A stretch of 63,030 bases of DNA, counting the filler, from Chrysochromulina tobinii (taxonomy: Eukaryota), in assembly GCA_001275005.1 (NCBI GenBank). It is 6 parts of 6 records of this genome, joined end to end, with 100 filler letters (N's around TTAATTAATTAA, not from the genome) between each part and the next. Parts side by side here need not be neighbours in the genome. Positions count along the whole stretch, not along the records: positions 33,853 to 46,720 come from JWZX01000404.1; positions 46,821 to 56,991 come from JWZX01000405.1; 4 more parts are not named here. One strand, given 5' to 3'. Position numbers and translations under genes: made by a program. The notes under the pieces are model-generated. The model saw only the letters and a program-made list of their open reading frames with translations. It was not told the origin of the DNA and made no database searches. This document shows positions 42,527-53,085 of the stretch, piece by piece (position 1 is the first letter of the stretch; each line of letters opens with the position of its first letter).

Positions 42527-44760
42527 AGCAGCAGCAGCAGCAGCAGCATCATCATCGCCAGGCACCGTCGGGCGGGTTCACGCCGCGCGCCGTCGCGGGC
42601 GGGTTCACGCCGCGCGCCGTCGCCGCAGCGGCAGAGGCTTATCATGCCACCGCAGCGGCAGAGGCTTATCACGCCAGCGCCGCCAGCGCCGCCAGCGCCG
42701 CTGCGCAAGAGGCGGCAGAAGCTTATCACGCCACCGCCGCCGCGGCAGAGGCTTATCACGCCACCGCCGCCGCGGCAGAGGCTTATCACGCCACCGCGGC
42801 AGCGCACGTTCACCCGACTGGCGCACGGCAGCCCTTGCCGCCGCCGACCCCACTGCCGCCGCCTGTGGCGCCGCCCGCGCTGTCGTGGGCGGCCTCGCCC
42901 ATCGCGCCTACGAACGGCGACACGAGAATCACTTCGCCGCTCCCGCTGTCGCCGCTGTCGCCGCTGCCGCCGCTGTCGCCGCTGCCGCCCGGATCTCCCG
43001 ATGAGCTCGCCGAAGCTGCGATGTATCACGCCGCCGCGCACGCCGCCGCCTCGCACGCCGCCGCCACACATGCCGCCGCCTACCACTGCGCCGCCTACCA
43101 CGCCGCATCCGCCCAGCACGACGCCCTCGAGGAGGGTGACGCCCAGTACGCCGCCGATGACGCCCAGTACGGCGCCCTCGAGGAGGGCGACGCCCAGTAC
43201 GGCGCGGGTAACGCCCAGTACGGCGCCTTCGAGGAGGGTGACGCCCAGTACGGCGCCGACTTCGACGAGGAGGAGGACGCCCAGTACGGCGCCTCGAGGC
43301 ATGCCACGCACCTCCCCGTTGAGGCATCCAACGGACGAGCGCCTGGACGAGCGCCCAACACAGCGCTCAAGTCGCCCAGCACAGCGCGGGCGCCTACCGC
43401 AAAGGAGATTTGGCGCCAAGCAGAGGAGGCGTTACGTCTGGAGAGCCATCGGCCTGAGGTCGCCCGATACGGCGCTTATGCAGAGGAGGCGTTTCGTCTG
43501 GAGAGCCATCGACCGCTGCCCTACACACCGGCGCCGACCGCCCCGGCGCCGACCGCCCCGCCGACCGCGCTGCCGACCGCGCTGCCGACGCTGGTGCCGA
43601 CGCCAGCGTCGCTGTCCGCGAGAGCGGTCGCTTTCGAAGCGCCCAACACAGCGCCAATGTCGCCCAACACAGCGCTCTCGTTGCCCAACACAGCGCTCTC
43701 GTCGCCCTCGCCCCCGGCCTCGCAAGCCGCCGCGTCGTCGTGGGCGCCGGCAGCAGAGGCGCCCATGCTGCTGCCGCCTTCGCCAGCTTGCTTGTGGCGC
43801 TCGCAGGCCGCGGCCGTGCCATCGGAAGTGCTGCACCCGCCCGAAATGCTGCACCCAATGGAGGCGGAGAGACTCGCGGCGGAGGCGGCGGCGGAGGCGG
43901 AGGCGGTGGCGGCGGCGGAGGCAAATGCGGCGGCGGCGGCAGCGGCGGAGGCGGAGGCAAAGGCGAAGGCGGAGCGTGTGGCGGCGGAGGCGGCGGCGGC
44001 AGCGGCGGAGGTGGAGCGACTAAGGGCAGAGAGAGCGGAGGCGGAGCGGCGCGGAGCGGAGGCAGCCGCAGTGGCCGAGGCGGCGCACCAAGCCCTTGAG
44101 GCACGTGCTGCCCACCTCGAGGCTGAGGTGCGTCGACTAGAGGCCGCTGCCCTCTCCAAGCATGCATGCGCTCACTACGGCGCCCTCGCCTCCCCACAGG
44201 TGCGTCGACTCGAGGCGGCTGCGGCCGAGGCAGCGGCCAGGCGTCTATCGGAACTGGAGGAGGCGAAGCGACCCGTACCGGTAGCAGCGGGGGAGGGGCC
44301 TAGGGGCGATAGGGGCGAGGCGGCTCGGGTGGCGTTTTGGGCATCGTCGCTCACAGAGGCAGTCGCAGCGGCCGAGGCGGAGGCGTCCCGCGCCGTCGTG
44401 GGCGCCTCGCCCACGACTCACTGGCTGAGGTCTCAAGGCTTCACCTTGCCGATCGACCTCGGAACGACCGAAGGGCGTCAGCACCTCGCCGCCCTCCTTG
44501 ATTCCCACACCTATCATAGACTCAACGATGAAGAAGAGGACTTGAGCGGCAGTGGAGGCGGTGGAGGCGGTGGAGGCGGTGGAGGCGGTGGAGGCGGTGG
44601 AGGCGGTGGAGGCGGTGGAGGCGTTGGAGGTGGTGGAGGTGGTGGAGGCGGTGGGGGCGGTGGTGGTGAATGCTGCCACTTTCACCGGCGCGGCAGCAGC
44701 CGCCACGCTGGTGGCTGCCCTCGTCGTCGTCGCTGTAGCCGACGCCTGACCGAGGCGTAA
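40921..44760 (+). CDS. BTB/POZ-BACK protein with long repeat-rich C-terminus; exons 40921-41880, 41955-42099, 42305-44127, 44200-44760
   Basis: BTB FTDVDVLVEGQSFPAHRLVLAASS...FECILEWLYTG. Splicing gives a continuous BACK: KLQET|VVQALESTL..STCLAVWDVADRHG...VASE|AFRTMPHERLRTLL. Exon lengths sum to a multiple of 3. The 3' end is uncertain. Confidence 0.78.
41906..41954 (+). mobile_element. Introner-like branch/acceptor cassette (49 nt)
   Basis: cctctccatgcatgcatgtgCTCACtacggcgccctcgcctccccacAG; 47/49 identical to 44151-44199; preceded by a copy of the downstream exon start. Confidence 0.8.
42109..42291 (+). repeat. Intronic compound minisatellite: 12-nt TCGGAGTGTATC x5-6, then 26-nt CACTGATTGAGATGGATGTGCTTCGT x4
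   Basis: Read directly inside intron 42100-42304. Confidence 0.92.
44151..44199 (+). mobile_element. Introner-like branch/acceptor cassette (49 nt)
   Basis: cctctccaagcatgcatgcgCTCACtacggcgccctcgcctccccacAG; preceded by a 21/23 copy of the downstream exon start. Confidence 0.8.
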
Positions 44761-45999
44761 CGGGTCGCTCAACACGGCGCTAGGCAACTGCTCCTCGAGT
44801 TCGCCTTGCGCCGTGTTGAGCTCTTCGAGCACCTCCTCGACCGCCCCATCCACGTGCATCCACGTGCGCCTTACGGGCGATGGTGGATCCATCCGAGCTG
44901 TACGCGCCGCCGCCTCCTCCTCGATCTCCTCAATCTCATCGGCGGACTCCGCCGCAGCGGCACCGGCCGGCGCGTGCGCCGGCGCGGCAGCAGCACGAGC
45001 AGCAGCGGCGGCGGCGGTAGCAGCAGTAGCGGCGGGCGCGGCGGTTGCCTCCGCCCCCTCCGGCAGCTCCTCGAGAGGAACCCCCAGCGTCGCTTCGTAC
45101 GCCTCCCACGCGACCGTTAAGTGGAATTGTAACGTCAGGAGCTCGGCTGTCATGGCGCCGTCCTGAGCCTGCTGAGCCTCGAGGACGGCGGCGCGCCGCG
45201 CGAGGACCATATGGCACGCCTCGAGGGCGTCGAGCCACGCCACGCCACGTGCGTCCACCGGAACTCTCAACAAACGCCCGATACGGCGCGGGCCGTCCAT
45301 GGCGCGCACGCCGCAACTGAGGCGTCGGCGTGCGCGCTGAACAGCAAAGTCCTCGAGCTTAGCCTCATGCTCCCGCTGGCGTACCGCGTGCGAGGCCTGC
45401 TCGCTCAGTTGGGGCCCTGTGCCGCCCAAGGTGCGCGCCGCGAGCAGTGTCAGGTTTTTGAGCGCGCCCGACGCATAGCGAACCACGCGCGGGTCAGCAT
45501 GCGCAAGCAGCGCCTCGAGCCTCGTCTCGCCGCCGATGGCCACGATGCGGGCGGCCCACGCGGCGTCATGGCACAGGTTTTGGAGCGCGGCGGCAGCGAC
45601 GAGCAGCACCGACGGCTCCTCGCCGTCGCCGACGCACGTCATCAGGGAGCTCTCGAGCCCGATGCCGAGGAGCAATGCCTTGGTCTGGCTGGAGCGCGGG
45701 TCGACTGCGTCGCTGCAGAGGTTGCTGAGGGCGAAGAGGGCGTGTGCACGTATCTCTGGGGCGGTGGTATCCGCGACACATCGCGCGAGCCTCGCGACAA
45801 TGCCACTCTCCCTGAGCGTGGTGCCAAGCACAGCGCCGTCCTCACCAAAGGCCTCGCCAACGATCGCCGCGAGGCTCTCGGTGGCGGCGGCGCGCGAGCT
45901 CGCGTCGCTAGAATCGAGCAGCGCGACGTACTCGGCGACCGAAATCTCCTCGTCCTCTGAAACGACCTCCGCAGCGCCCTCGGCCAACTCGGCGGCCAT
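44245..45999 (-). CDS. Armadillo-repeat protein
   Basis: GIVARLARCV...ALFALSNLC, VAAAALQNLC, GGETRLEALLAH.DPRVVRYASGALKNL. First strong ATG at 45999. The C-terminus overlaps the BTB gene and is uncertain. Confidence 0.7.
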   Translation of the reverse strand: MAAELAEGAAEVVSEDEEISVAEYVALLDSSDASSRAAATESLAAIVGEAFGEDGAVLGTTLRESGIVARLARCVADTTAPEIRAHALFALSNLCSDAVDPRSSQTKALLLGIGLESSLMTCVGDGEEPSVLLVAAAALQNLCHDAAWAARIVAIGGETRLEALLAHADPRVVRYASGALKNLTLLAARTLGGTGPQLSEQASHAVRQREHEAKLEDFAVQRARRRLSCGVRAMDGPRRIGRLLRVPVDARGVAWLDALEACHMVLARRAAVLEAQQAQDGAMTAELLTLQFHLTVAWEAYEATLGVPLEELPEGAEATAAPAATAATAAAAAARAAAAPAHAPAGAAAAESADEIEEIEEEAAARTARMDPPSPVRRTWMHVDGAVEEVLEELNTAQGELEEQLPSAVLSDPLRLGQASATATTTRAATSVAAAAAPVKVAAFTTTAPTASTTSTTSNASTASTASTASTASTASTASTASTAAQVLFFIVESMIGVGIKEGGEVLTPFGRSEVDRQGEALRPQPVSRGRGAHDGAGRLRLGRCDCLCERRCPKRHPSRLAPIAPRPLPRCYRYGSLRLLQFR

Positions 46000-46227
46000 A
46001 GTGCGGAAATCGTGAGACTTTCTCATCAAGGTACTGTAAGTCTGTTTCATCCGATTACAATATGGGCCCAGGGGGCGTTCACGTTCACGTTAATTGGCCA
46101 TCACGGCGAGACGCACAGCCACAGGTCCCGTGGAGACCCATCGTGGGGGGCGCAAAGCGCGGCACACACACGGGCCCAGGGGGCGAGAACAGGGGACCCG
46201 CTTTTCCTTTCGTCTCTCTTTACGGAT

Positions 46228-46431
46228 TGTAGGAAGGTCGGAGGTACCAACCCAAAGAGACAGACCAACCCAAAGTGTCTCAATGCACGTCTCATTGAGT
46301 CGTGGATAGTAGACTGCGACGTGTTGAACTGTTGATCGAGTGCCTCGTCGCTCGTGGGACGCTTTCTCGCTTTGGGTTGGTCTGTCCCTTAGGGTTGGTA
46401 CCTGAGGTACCGTACCTCCGACCTTCCTACA
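46228..46431. mobile_element. MITE-like element with long terminal inverted repeats
   Basis: Left tgtaggaaggtcggaggtaccaacccaaagagacagaccaacccaaag matches the reverse complement of the right end (2 mismatches plus a 14-nt insertion). No ORF. TA lies at both ends inside the inverted repeat. Confidence 0.75.
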
Positions 46432-46720
46432 TGTATGAGCATCCAGTCGAAGTGTCGAAAGTCAGCTTCATGTACATGTAAGTCGCGTGTCGCGGCCACA
46501 CCCGCGCTCATCACACCCCCGCGCTTCCGCGCTCACTGGTCGGCTCCGCTTCCCCTAGTCGATAAGGTCGAACGCACATACATGTACGCACAAGTCAAGG
46601 CATTGATCGCGAGTCCTCTGAGTAGGAATTCCTAAGTAACGCGTCTCCGCGTGCAGATTCCCAGGAATGGAAAATCGCACTCCGCCACACACGCCGCGCG
46701 ATGCCGCCTGCGCGCGCGCG

Positions 46721-46820
46721 NNNNNNNNNNNNNNNNNNNNNNNNNNNNNNNNNNNNNNNNNNNNTTAATTAATTAANNNNNNNNNNNNNNNNNNNNNNNN
46801 NNNNNNNNNNNNNNNNNNNN
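46721..46820. other. Artificial contig linker
   Basis: N44-TTAATTAATTAA-N44. Confidence 0.98.
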
Positions 46821-49485
46821 CCTCCGGTAATGTTGAGCCCGATCAGTTGCACGACGCCCAAAGAGCCCGGGTTGATGTTGAGCACACGGCGCGGACTCCA
46901 GTAGCTAGCTTGTGCATTCAGCACGACCGAGCCTGCCACCGCCGCCTCGATGACGACGCTCCTGGTGACGCTGAGCGCGGCGCTGAGGGCGTAACGGCCG
47001 GGGGCAAGGACGATGCGGTGGAAGGATGTGGCGCCGAGTGCATTGATCAGGCCGAGGACGTTGCTCACTTCTGTCGTTGACGGTGTCGTTGGCGGTGACG
47101 GCGGCGGTGACGGCGGTGACGGCGGCGACAGTGGCGACGGCGGCGACGGTGGCGGTGCGGATGGCGGTGACGGCGGTGACGGCGGTGATGGCGGTGCGGG
47201 CGGCGGCGGCGTTGCAGGCGGCGGCGGCGGCGGAGACGGCGGTCGCGGCGGCGGTGACGGCGGCGGCGGCGGTGCGGACGGTGATGGTGGCGGTGACGGC
47301 GGAGAGGGCGGCGGCGGCGGTGCCAAGCAGGTTGAGACTGTGCCTGAGACGCCGATGAGGGTCGTTGCGAAGGTGCAGACGGTGGCACCTGAGACAAAGA
47401 CATTGGTCCGACCATCAAGGTCAGTGTTTGAGTGGATGCTGCTGGACACAATCGCGACTGTACTTGAACAACAGATATGGACGCCACCTCCCCAATGAGA
47501 GGCTGCGTTGGAGTAGATGTTGGTCTGCGTCAACGTCACGGTGCCACCATTGATGAAGACGCCACCTCCTCCAGGTTGCCCCCATCCGCCATTGTTCGAT
47601 GCCATGTTGGAGTAGATCCTGCATGAGGAGAAAGTGACGACAGCACTCCCGACGAAGACACCGCCACCTCCATTAGAATAGCCAGCCGTTCGAGCTGTGT
47701 TCGAGTACACGCTGCAAGAAGTGAACGCCACGTTACCATTCTGGACATAGACGCCACCACCCGAGCCGTCCATGTCGCATCCCGTAATGTTGAGCCCGAT
47801 CAGTTGCACGACGCCCAAAGAGCCCGGGTTGATGTTGAGCACACGGCGCGGACTCCAGTAGCTAGCTTGTGCGTGCAGCACGACCGAGCCTGCTACCGCC
47901 GCCTCGATGATGACGCTCCTGGTGATGCTGAGCTCAGCGCTGAGGTAGTAAGTGCCGGGGGCAAGGACAATGTGGCTGGCGGCTGTGTTTGCGAGTGCAC
48001 TGGTCAGGTCGACAGTGTTGCTCACCGACGCAGTCCCCGCCGTAAGAGGATACGGCGGCGGTGACGGCGGCGAGGGCGGCGACGGCGGCGCCGCCGTCGA
48101 AGAAAAGATGCGCACTTCGGCAAGGTTGAGGAGACGCCCTGTCCCTGGCAGCACGATGGTCACATAGGTTCCACTGAGATCCCTCTGGCAGTCGAATGTG
48201 AACGGTCCGGCCGTGGCTGGGACTATCTGATTACCCACGACGCACGCTTGCGATGTAGCTGAGTTGTAGTCTCCTGGCGATGCACCGACCCATATTTGGA
48301 AGGGCGACAGGCGATCCCCACAGCAATCACCGCGATTCATGATCCACACAAGCCGCACAGCTTGTTGGCCTGAGATCCGAATCGACAACCATGGATTGGC
48401 CTCATCGTCGGTGTGGCAAAAATCTGAGGTCTGGTCATTGATGCAGAGCGAGGCGGAAAGGGGTTGACCAAAGTGGATATAGGGATATAGGTGGAGCTCA
48501 TGCTGGCACTCAGACGTGGAATCGCTGGCATGCTGGCCAGGGGAGGGGCCGGTGGCAGCGAAGGTGGGGGCGACGGGGGCGGCGGAGGCGGCGGCAGCGA
48601 CGGTGGCGACGGCGGCGACGGCGGCGATGGTGGCGGCGCTGCACCGCACCACGTGCGCATCATCGAGACGAGCGGCGCTGGCGTGTTTGGCAGGCCGCCG
48701 CCGAGCCGCACGCGATCCAGCTGCGCCGGGCTGAGGGCGGCGTCCCACACCAGCAGGTCCTTCATCTGGCCCGTGAAAATCGGATCACTATTATAAGCGC
48801 TCTTCCCCACGTACAGGTTGGAGCGGCTCACCGGCAGCGGGAAGCGCATCGACGACGTCATGGCGACGCTTGCACCGTTCCAGTAGATCTGGGCGGGCCC
48901 GAAGGTGTCGGTGAGGCTCGTACGCGAATGCACGACCGCGACGTGAGTCCACACGTTTGTGGGGAACGACCCGGGCGTTGTTGCAGAGAGTGACCCCCCC
49001 AAAGCCCCACCCCACTTGACTTCGTATGTCACCGGTCCGTTGTTGAATGCCACAATTATGTTGTCCTCATTTGAATTCGGACTGTCGAAGAAATCGACGA
49101 CGCGGTCCCACGACTGGCCAGTACGCGTGCGGTAGACCCACGCGCAGAGCGTGAACCCAAGCCCCCCGCCGACGAGTCCGGTGCGCGACGTGGCCGTCAA
49201 GAAGGAGGTCGCCGCCCCGGTGAAGGTGTGTGCGCCGTCGACGGCGCACGGAGGAGCCGGCGGCAGCGACGGCGGTGGCGGGGGCGTTTGGCATTGAACG
49301 CTTGCCATCCCGTTGAAGCTCAAGAGAATGACCAGCCAGACGCTCCATGGTGCACCTCCTGGCTGCGACAGCCCTCGCATGCTCCCACTTGTGCCTTGCA
49401 TCCCCTCTCGCATCGTAGCCGTACTCGAAACAGCCCCATGCCCCGGAACGAGGAGGGCTCGGCGCGCATCTGATGTGCCACCCAT
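46821..49485 (-). CDS. Modular surface protein: LamG/ConA-like, fucolectin/F5-8-like and beta-helix (Pmp-like) domains with SPPP linkers; 3'-partial; frameshifted at 48476-48491 (possible pseudogene)
   Basis: LamG FTLCAWVY...WTHVAVV...LYVGKS...FTGQMKDL.VWD.ALS. Fucolectin-like ASLCIN..CHT...NPWL...NRGDCCGDRL...LNLAEV. GGGVYV/GGGVFI beta-helix repeats; duplicated RRVLNINPGSLGVVQLIGLNITG. Confidence 0.75.
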
Positions 49486-49680
49486 GGCGGAAGACTGCTT
49501 CGAAATAAGGGGGTACCCGTAGGTCAGTGACCTACCCCCTTCTATTCGAAAGCCGAAGGTGCAACACCAGAAAGACGAAACCCGAAGCCCCACACGCGCG
49601 AGGTGCTGACGCAGATCATCCCCTGTTCATCCGCGCAACCTTCGTCTCTTTATTCACACTTCCACCATAACTCCGCACAA

Positions 49681-51582
49681 ATGGAGATTCTCGACCGACT
49701 CACGGACGCCGGGCTCGGCTATTGCGAGCCAACGAACTTCGGACCGTGCAAGGACGGCATGAGCAAAGGGGCTTGGATGCTCTCCGACCACGGTAACTGG
49801 CAGAGTGCCTTCGCCGAGTGTGCGCAACGATGTTCAGGGTGCTCGGGATGCAACTTCATATCCGTTTCGTTGAGGCAGCGCGATTGCTCGTGGTACAGCC
49901 GCTGCGACCTGGACTCTCTGCAAAAGGGCTTGGCAGGCTTCATCACGGCGCGCTATATCAAAAACAAGTCGAGCCTCGGCGAGACGACAGGTCACCGGGC
50001 CTCCGCCTCCAGCCACCCTCACACTTCGAGAGCACGCCTGCGACGGATCATCAGCGAGGCGGACGCGGACATCGCCCAGCTCAGCGAGCAGTGGATGCCG
50101 GCGGCGCAGCGAGCACTCGTGGCCGATCAGCTCCGGGCTCTCGATGCACGCGTGGCGCAGTGGCCCTCTGCTGCACGCGCGAAGCAGGTGGACTCGCCGT
50201 TGCTGGTGCTCGGGGTGATGTCGGCCCCCGCAGAGGACGCGGCGGCGCGTCGGGCCCAAATGCGCCGAGCGCTCCTGCTCGAGCGTGCGCACGGCACCGA
50301 GAAGGCCGGGTTCGAGTACCGCTTCGTGCTGGGCGTGCGCGCTCTCGAGGGCGCTGCGCTCGCCCCGCTCCAAGCCGAGCAGCAGGCGGCCGGCGACCTC
50401 GTGCTGCTGCACGGCGCCCAGGACGGCGCGATCCATCGGCTGACGCGCAAGGTGATCCTCTGGCTCACGCACGCCGCCACGGCCTTCCCGCGCGCACGCT
50501 TCCTCGGAAAGGCCGACATGGATACCTTTGTGGTGTGGGCACGTCTGAAAGTCCACTTGCGTCACGCCGCTCGCCATGAGCAGGCGGACTGGCTGCTCAT
50601 GGGCAAGATTGAGTGGGTCAGCCTCCTGCGTCCCGAGGCCGACGCGCCGGATGCTGCAGCCTCCGGTGCCGTGCGCACAGTGGACCCCTTCACAGCCAAC
50701 CTTCACAGCTCCTCGGGCCCCTCGGGCCTCTCCGGCGTCTGCGGCTGCTGCGCAAGCTCTCGGACTCACGCCGAGCTCTTGGCCGAGGAGTGCTTGCGCC
50801 GACACCGGCACCGCGTCGACGGCCCGTTCCCATTCGCGCAGGTGACATATCGCTTGATTGCCGCTTGATTGCCGCTTGATTGCCTCTTGATTGCCTCTTG
50901 ATTGCCTCTTGATTGCCTCTTGCTTGCCTCTTGATTGCCACTTGATTGCCTCTTGATTGCCTCTTGATTGCCTCTGATTGCCTCTTGATTGCCTCTGATT
51001 GCCTATTGATCGCCCCTCGAATGGGAACGGCTCACACTGTACCAGGGGGCGTTCTACGCGGTGGGCGCCGGCGTCGGACGCTGGCTCGCCACGTCGAGGG
51101 GGGTGCAGCAGTGGCTCGAGCGCCTTGAAGCGCAGCCTGATGACCCGCTCAATCAATACGAGGACCTCGCGCTCGGCTGGGCGCTCGCGCACTGCCCGGG
51201 GAACCTCTCCTCCGCGCCACTGCCCCATGTCGCGGGCGTCTTCAGCTATGAGCTCGCGGACGAGGCGAATCTGGGTCGCGTCTGGGTCAGCAACCAGGGC
51301 TGCTTCCGCAGGCACAACCTCACGCGTGCGAATCTGACGAGCGGCTTCAACGGCGGCCGCGCTTCGTCACCCACGCCCGAGGTCGTGTCGCCAACGGCCG
51401 CCGTGGTCCATCACGTGAGGACGACGGAGGCGTGGCGGCGCGTCTGGGCGCTCACGGCGCACTGGACGGGCCGGCTGGCGGCGTGGGGGCATCCCGCGTG
51501 CTTCTACCCGGAGCTGCGAGTGGGCGACGCCTTCGCCTTTGCAGGCGAGCGTCCTGCGGGGATACGCACGCTGTGGCAGTAG
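49681..51582 (+). CDS. GT31 (galactosyltransferase-like) protein with N-terminal Cys-rich Apple/PAN-like domain; exons 49681-50841 and 51046-51582
   Basis: LVLGVMSAP, YRFVLG, EQQAAGDLVLL, FLGKADMDTFV, GPFPFAQ|GAFYAV (intron 50842-51045), YEDLALG, VVHHV. Confidence 0.78.
50852..51010 (+). repeat. Intronic 10-11-nt (CTTGATTGCCT)-type minisatellite
   Basis: About 14 tandem TGATTGCC-containing units beginning ~10 nt after the donor. Confidence 0.92.
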
Positions 51583-51738
51583 GCCACCCTCCATTATGAA
51601 CACGTGTTCACACCAACAAAGTTCTATTCACACTTCGTCGATCGAGGGAGTGTGCCCTGTGTAGAGCTGAGCACAGCACGGCGGCTGCCTGAGTTCGTCC
51701 GCGGCGTTCAGGGCCTGGCATCGGTTTCCCGCGACGGC

Positions 51739-53050
51739 ATGCTAGCGGAGGCTGACGCCGCCTCGGCGGCCTTTGCAAGCGGCGACCTCAAAGACGCGCT
51801 CGCCAAGCTCCAGGTCATCAAGAAGCAGCGCGACAATGGTGCGCGCGCCACGCCTGCGCCACCGCCCTGGCCCCCCTTGCGCGCAGGGGGGGCTCGCGCT
51901 CAGCCCACCGCCCCTTCTGATGCTGCGCAGACACCAAGGTGCTGCACAACCTCGCGATCGCCGAGTACGTGGATGGCGGCCAGCGCGAGCCGGCGAAGCT
52001 CCTCGCGACGCTAGAGCAGCTCAAGGAACGGCTCGAGAACGCGGCGGCGCGCGTGGAGGAAGGCGATGGCGACGTGATCGGCGAAGCCGACCCGTCACTC
52101 ACCGCGTACAACATGGCCGTCCTCTACTACCAGCTCAAGCAGTTCGCCAAGTGCCGCGCGCTGCTCGAGGACATGTTTTCCAACATCGAGCCCATCGACG
52201 AGTTCCTGGCGTTCAAGCTCTGCTTCCTGCTGCTCGACGTGTACCTGCTGCAGAAGCAGGCGGAGCGCGCGGCCAACGTGCTCGGCTACCTCGAGAAGTC
52301 GTTCGCCGCGCTCACCACGCTCGCCAACGACGGCAAGCAGCCGAATGGCGAGGCGGACGCGGACGGCGGCGCAGCGCCCTTGGCGGCGGACGGCGGCGTG
52401 GGGTTGGCGGCGCCGGGGAGCGTGGACGGCTGGCCGAATAAGCGCTCTTCGCGGCGCGCTCCGACGGGCATCACGCCCGACGAGGTGCGCGGCGCGCTCG
52501 CGTTGTACAAGGCGAAGCTCGCGCTCATGGCACGGGCGAGCAAATCGTCCAAGCGGGAGATCAAGACGACGCTCAACGCATGCGCGCAGAACACGACGGG
52601 GCTATTCCTCAAGTGCAACTTGGAGTGGCAGCGCCAAAACTTCCGCAAGGCGATCAAGCTCCTCAACAACTCGTGCCAGGCTGGCAGCGAGCGCGAGCGC
52701 AACGTGCCCGCGCTGTACTTCAACAACATGGGCTGCATCCACCATTGCATGCGACGCCACCAGGCGGCCGCCTTCTACTTTACAAAGGCGCTGCGCGAGA
52801 ACGACGCGCTGTACCGGTCCGCGCCCGCCGCCACGGCCGGCAGCGCCAAGCCGGGCGCCGCCGAACCGATCGCGCTGCCCACGTACAGCTGCGACCGGCG
52901 ATGCGAGCTGGAGTACAATCGCGGGCTACAGTACCTCCTGTCGGGCAAGCCCGAGGCGGCCTTTGGATGCTTCTTGACGGCCCTCGAGCTGATGCACTCG
53001 CAGGCGCGCGTGTGGCTGCGGCTGGGCGAGGCGTGCGTCGCCACGCACCT

Positions 53051-53085
<35 letters not shown>

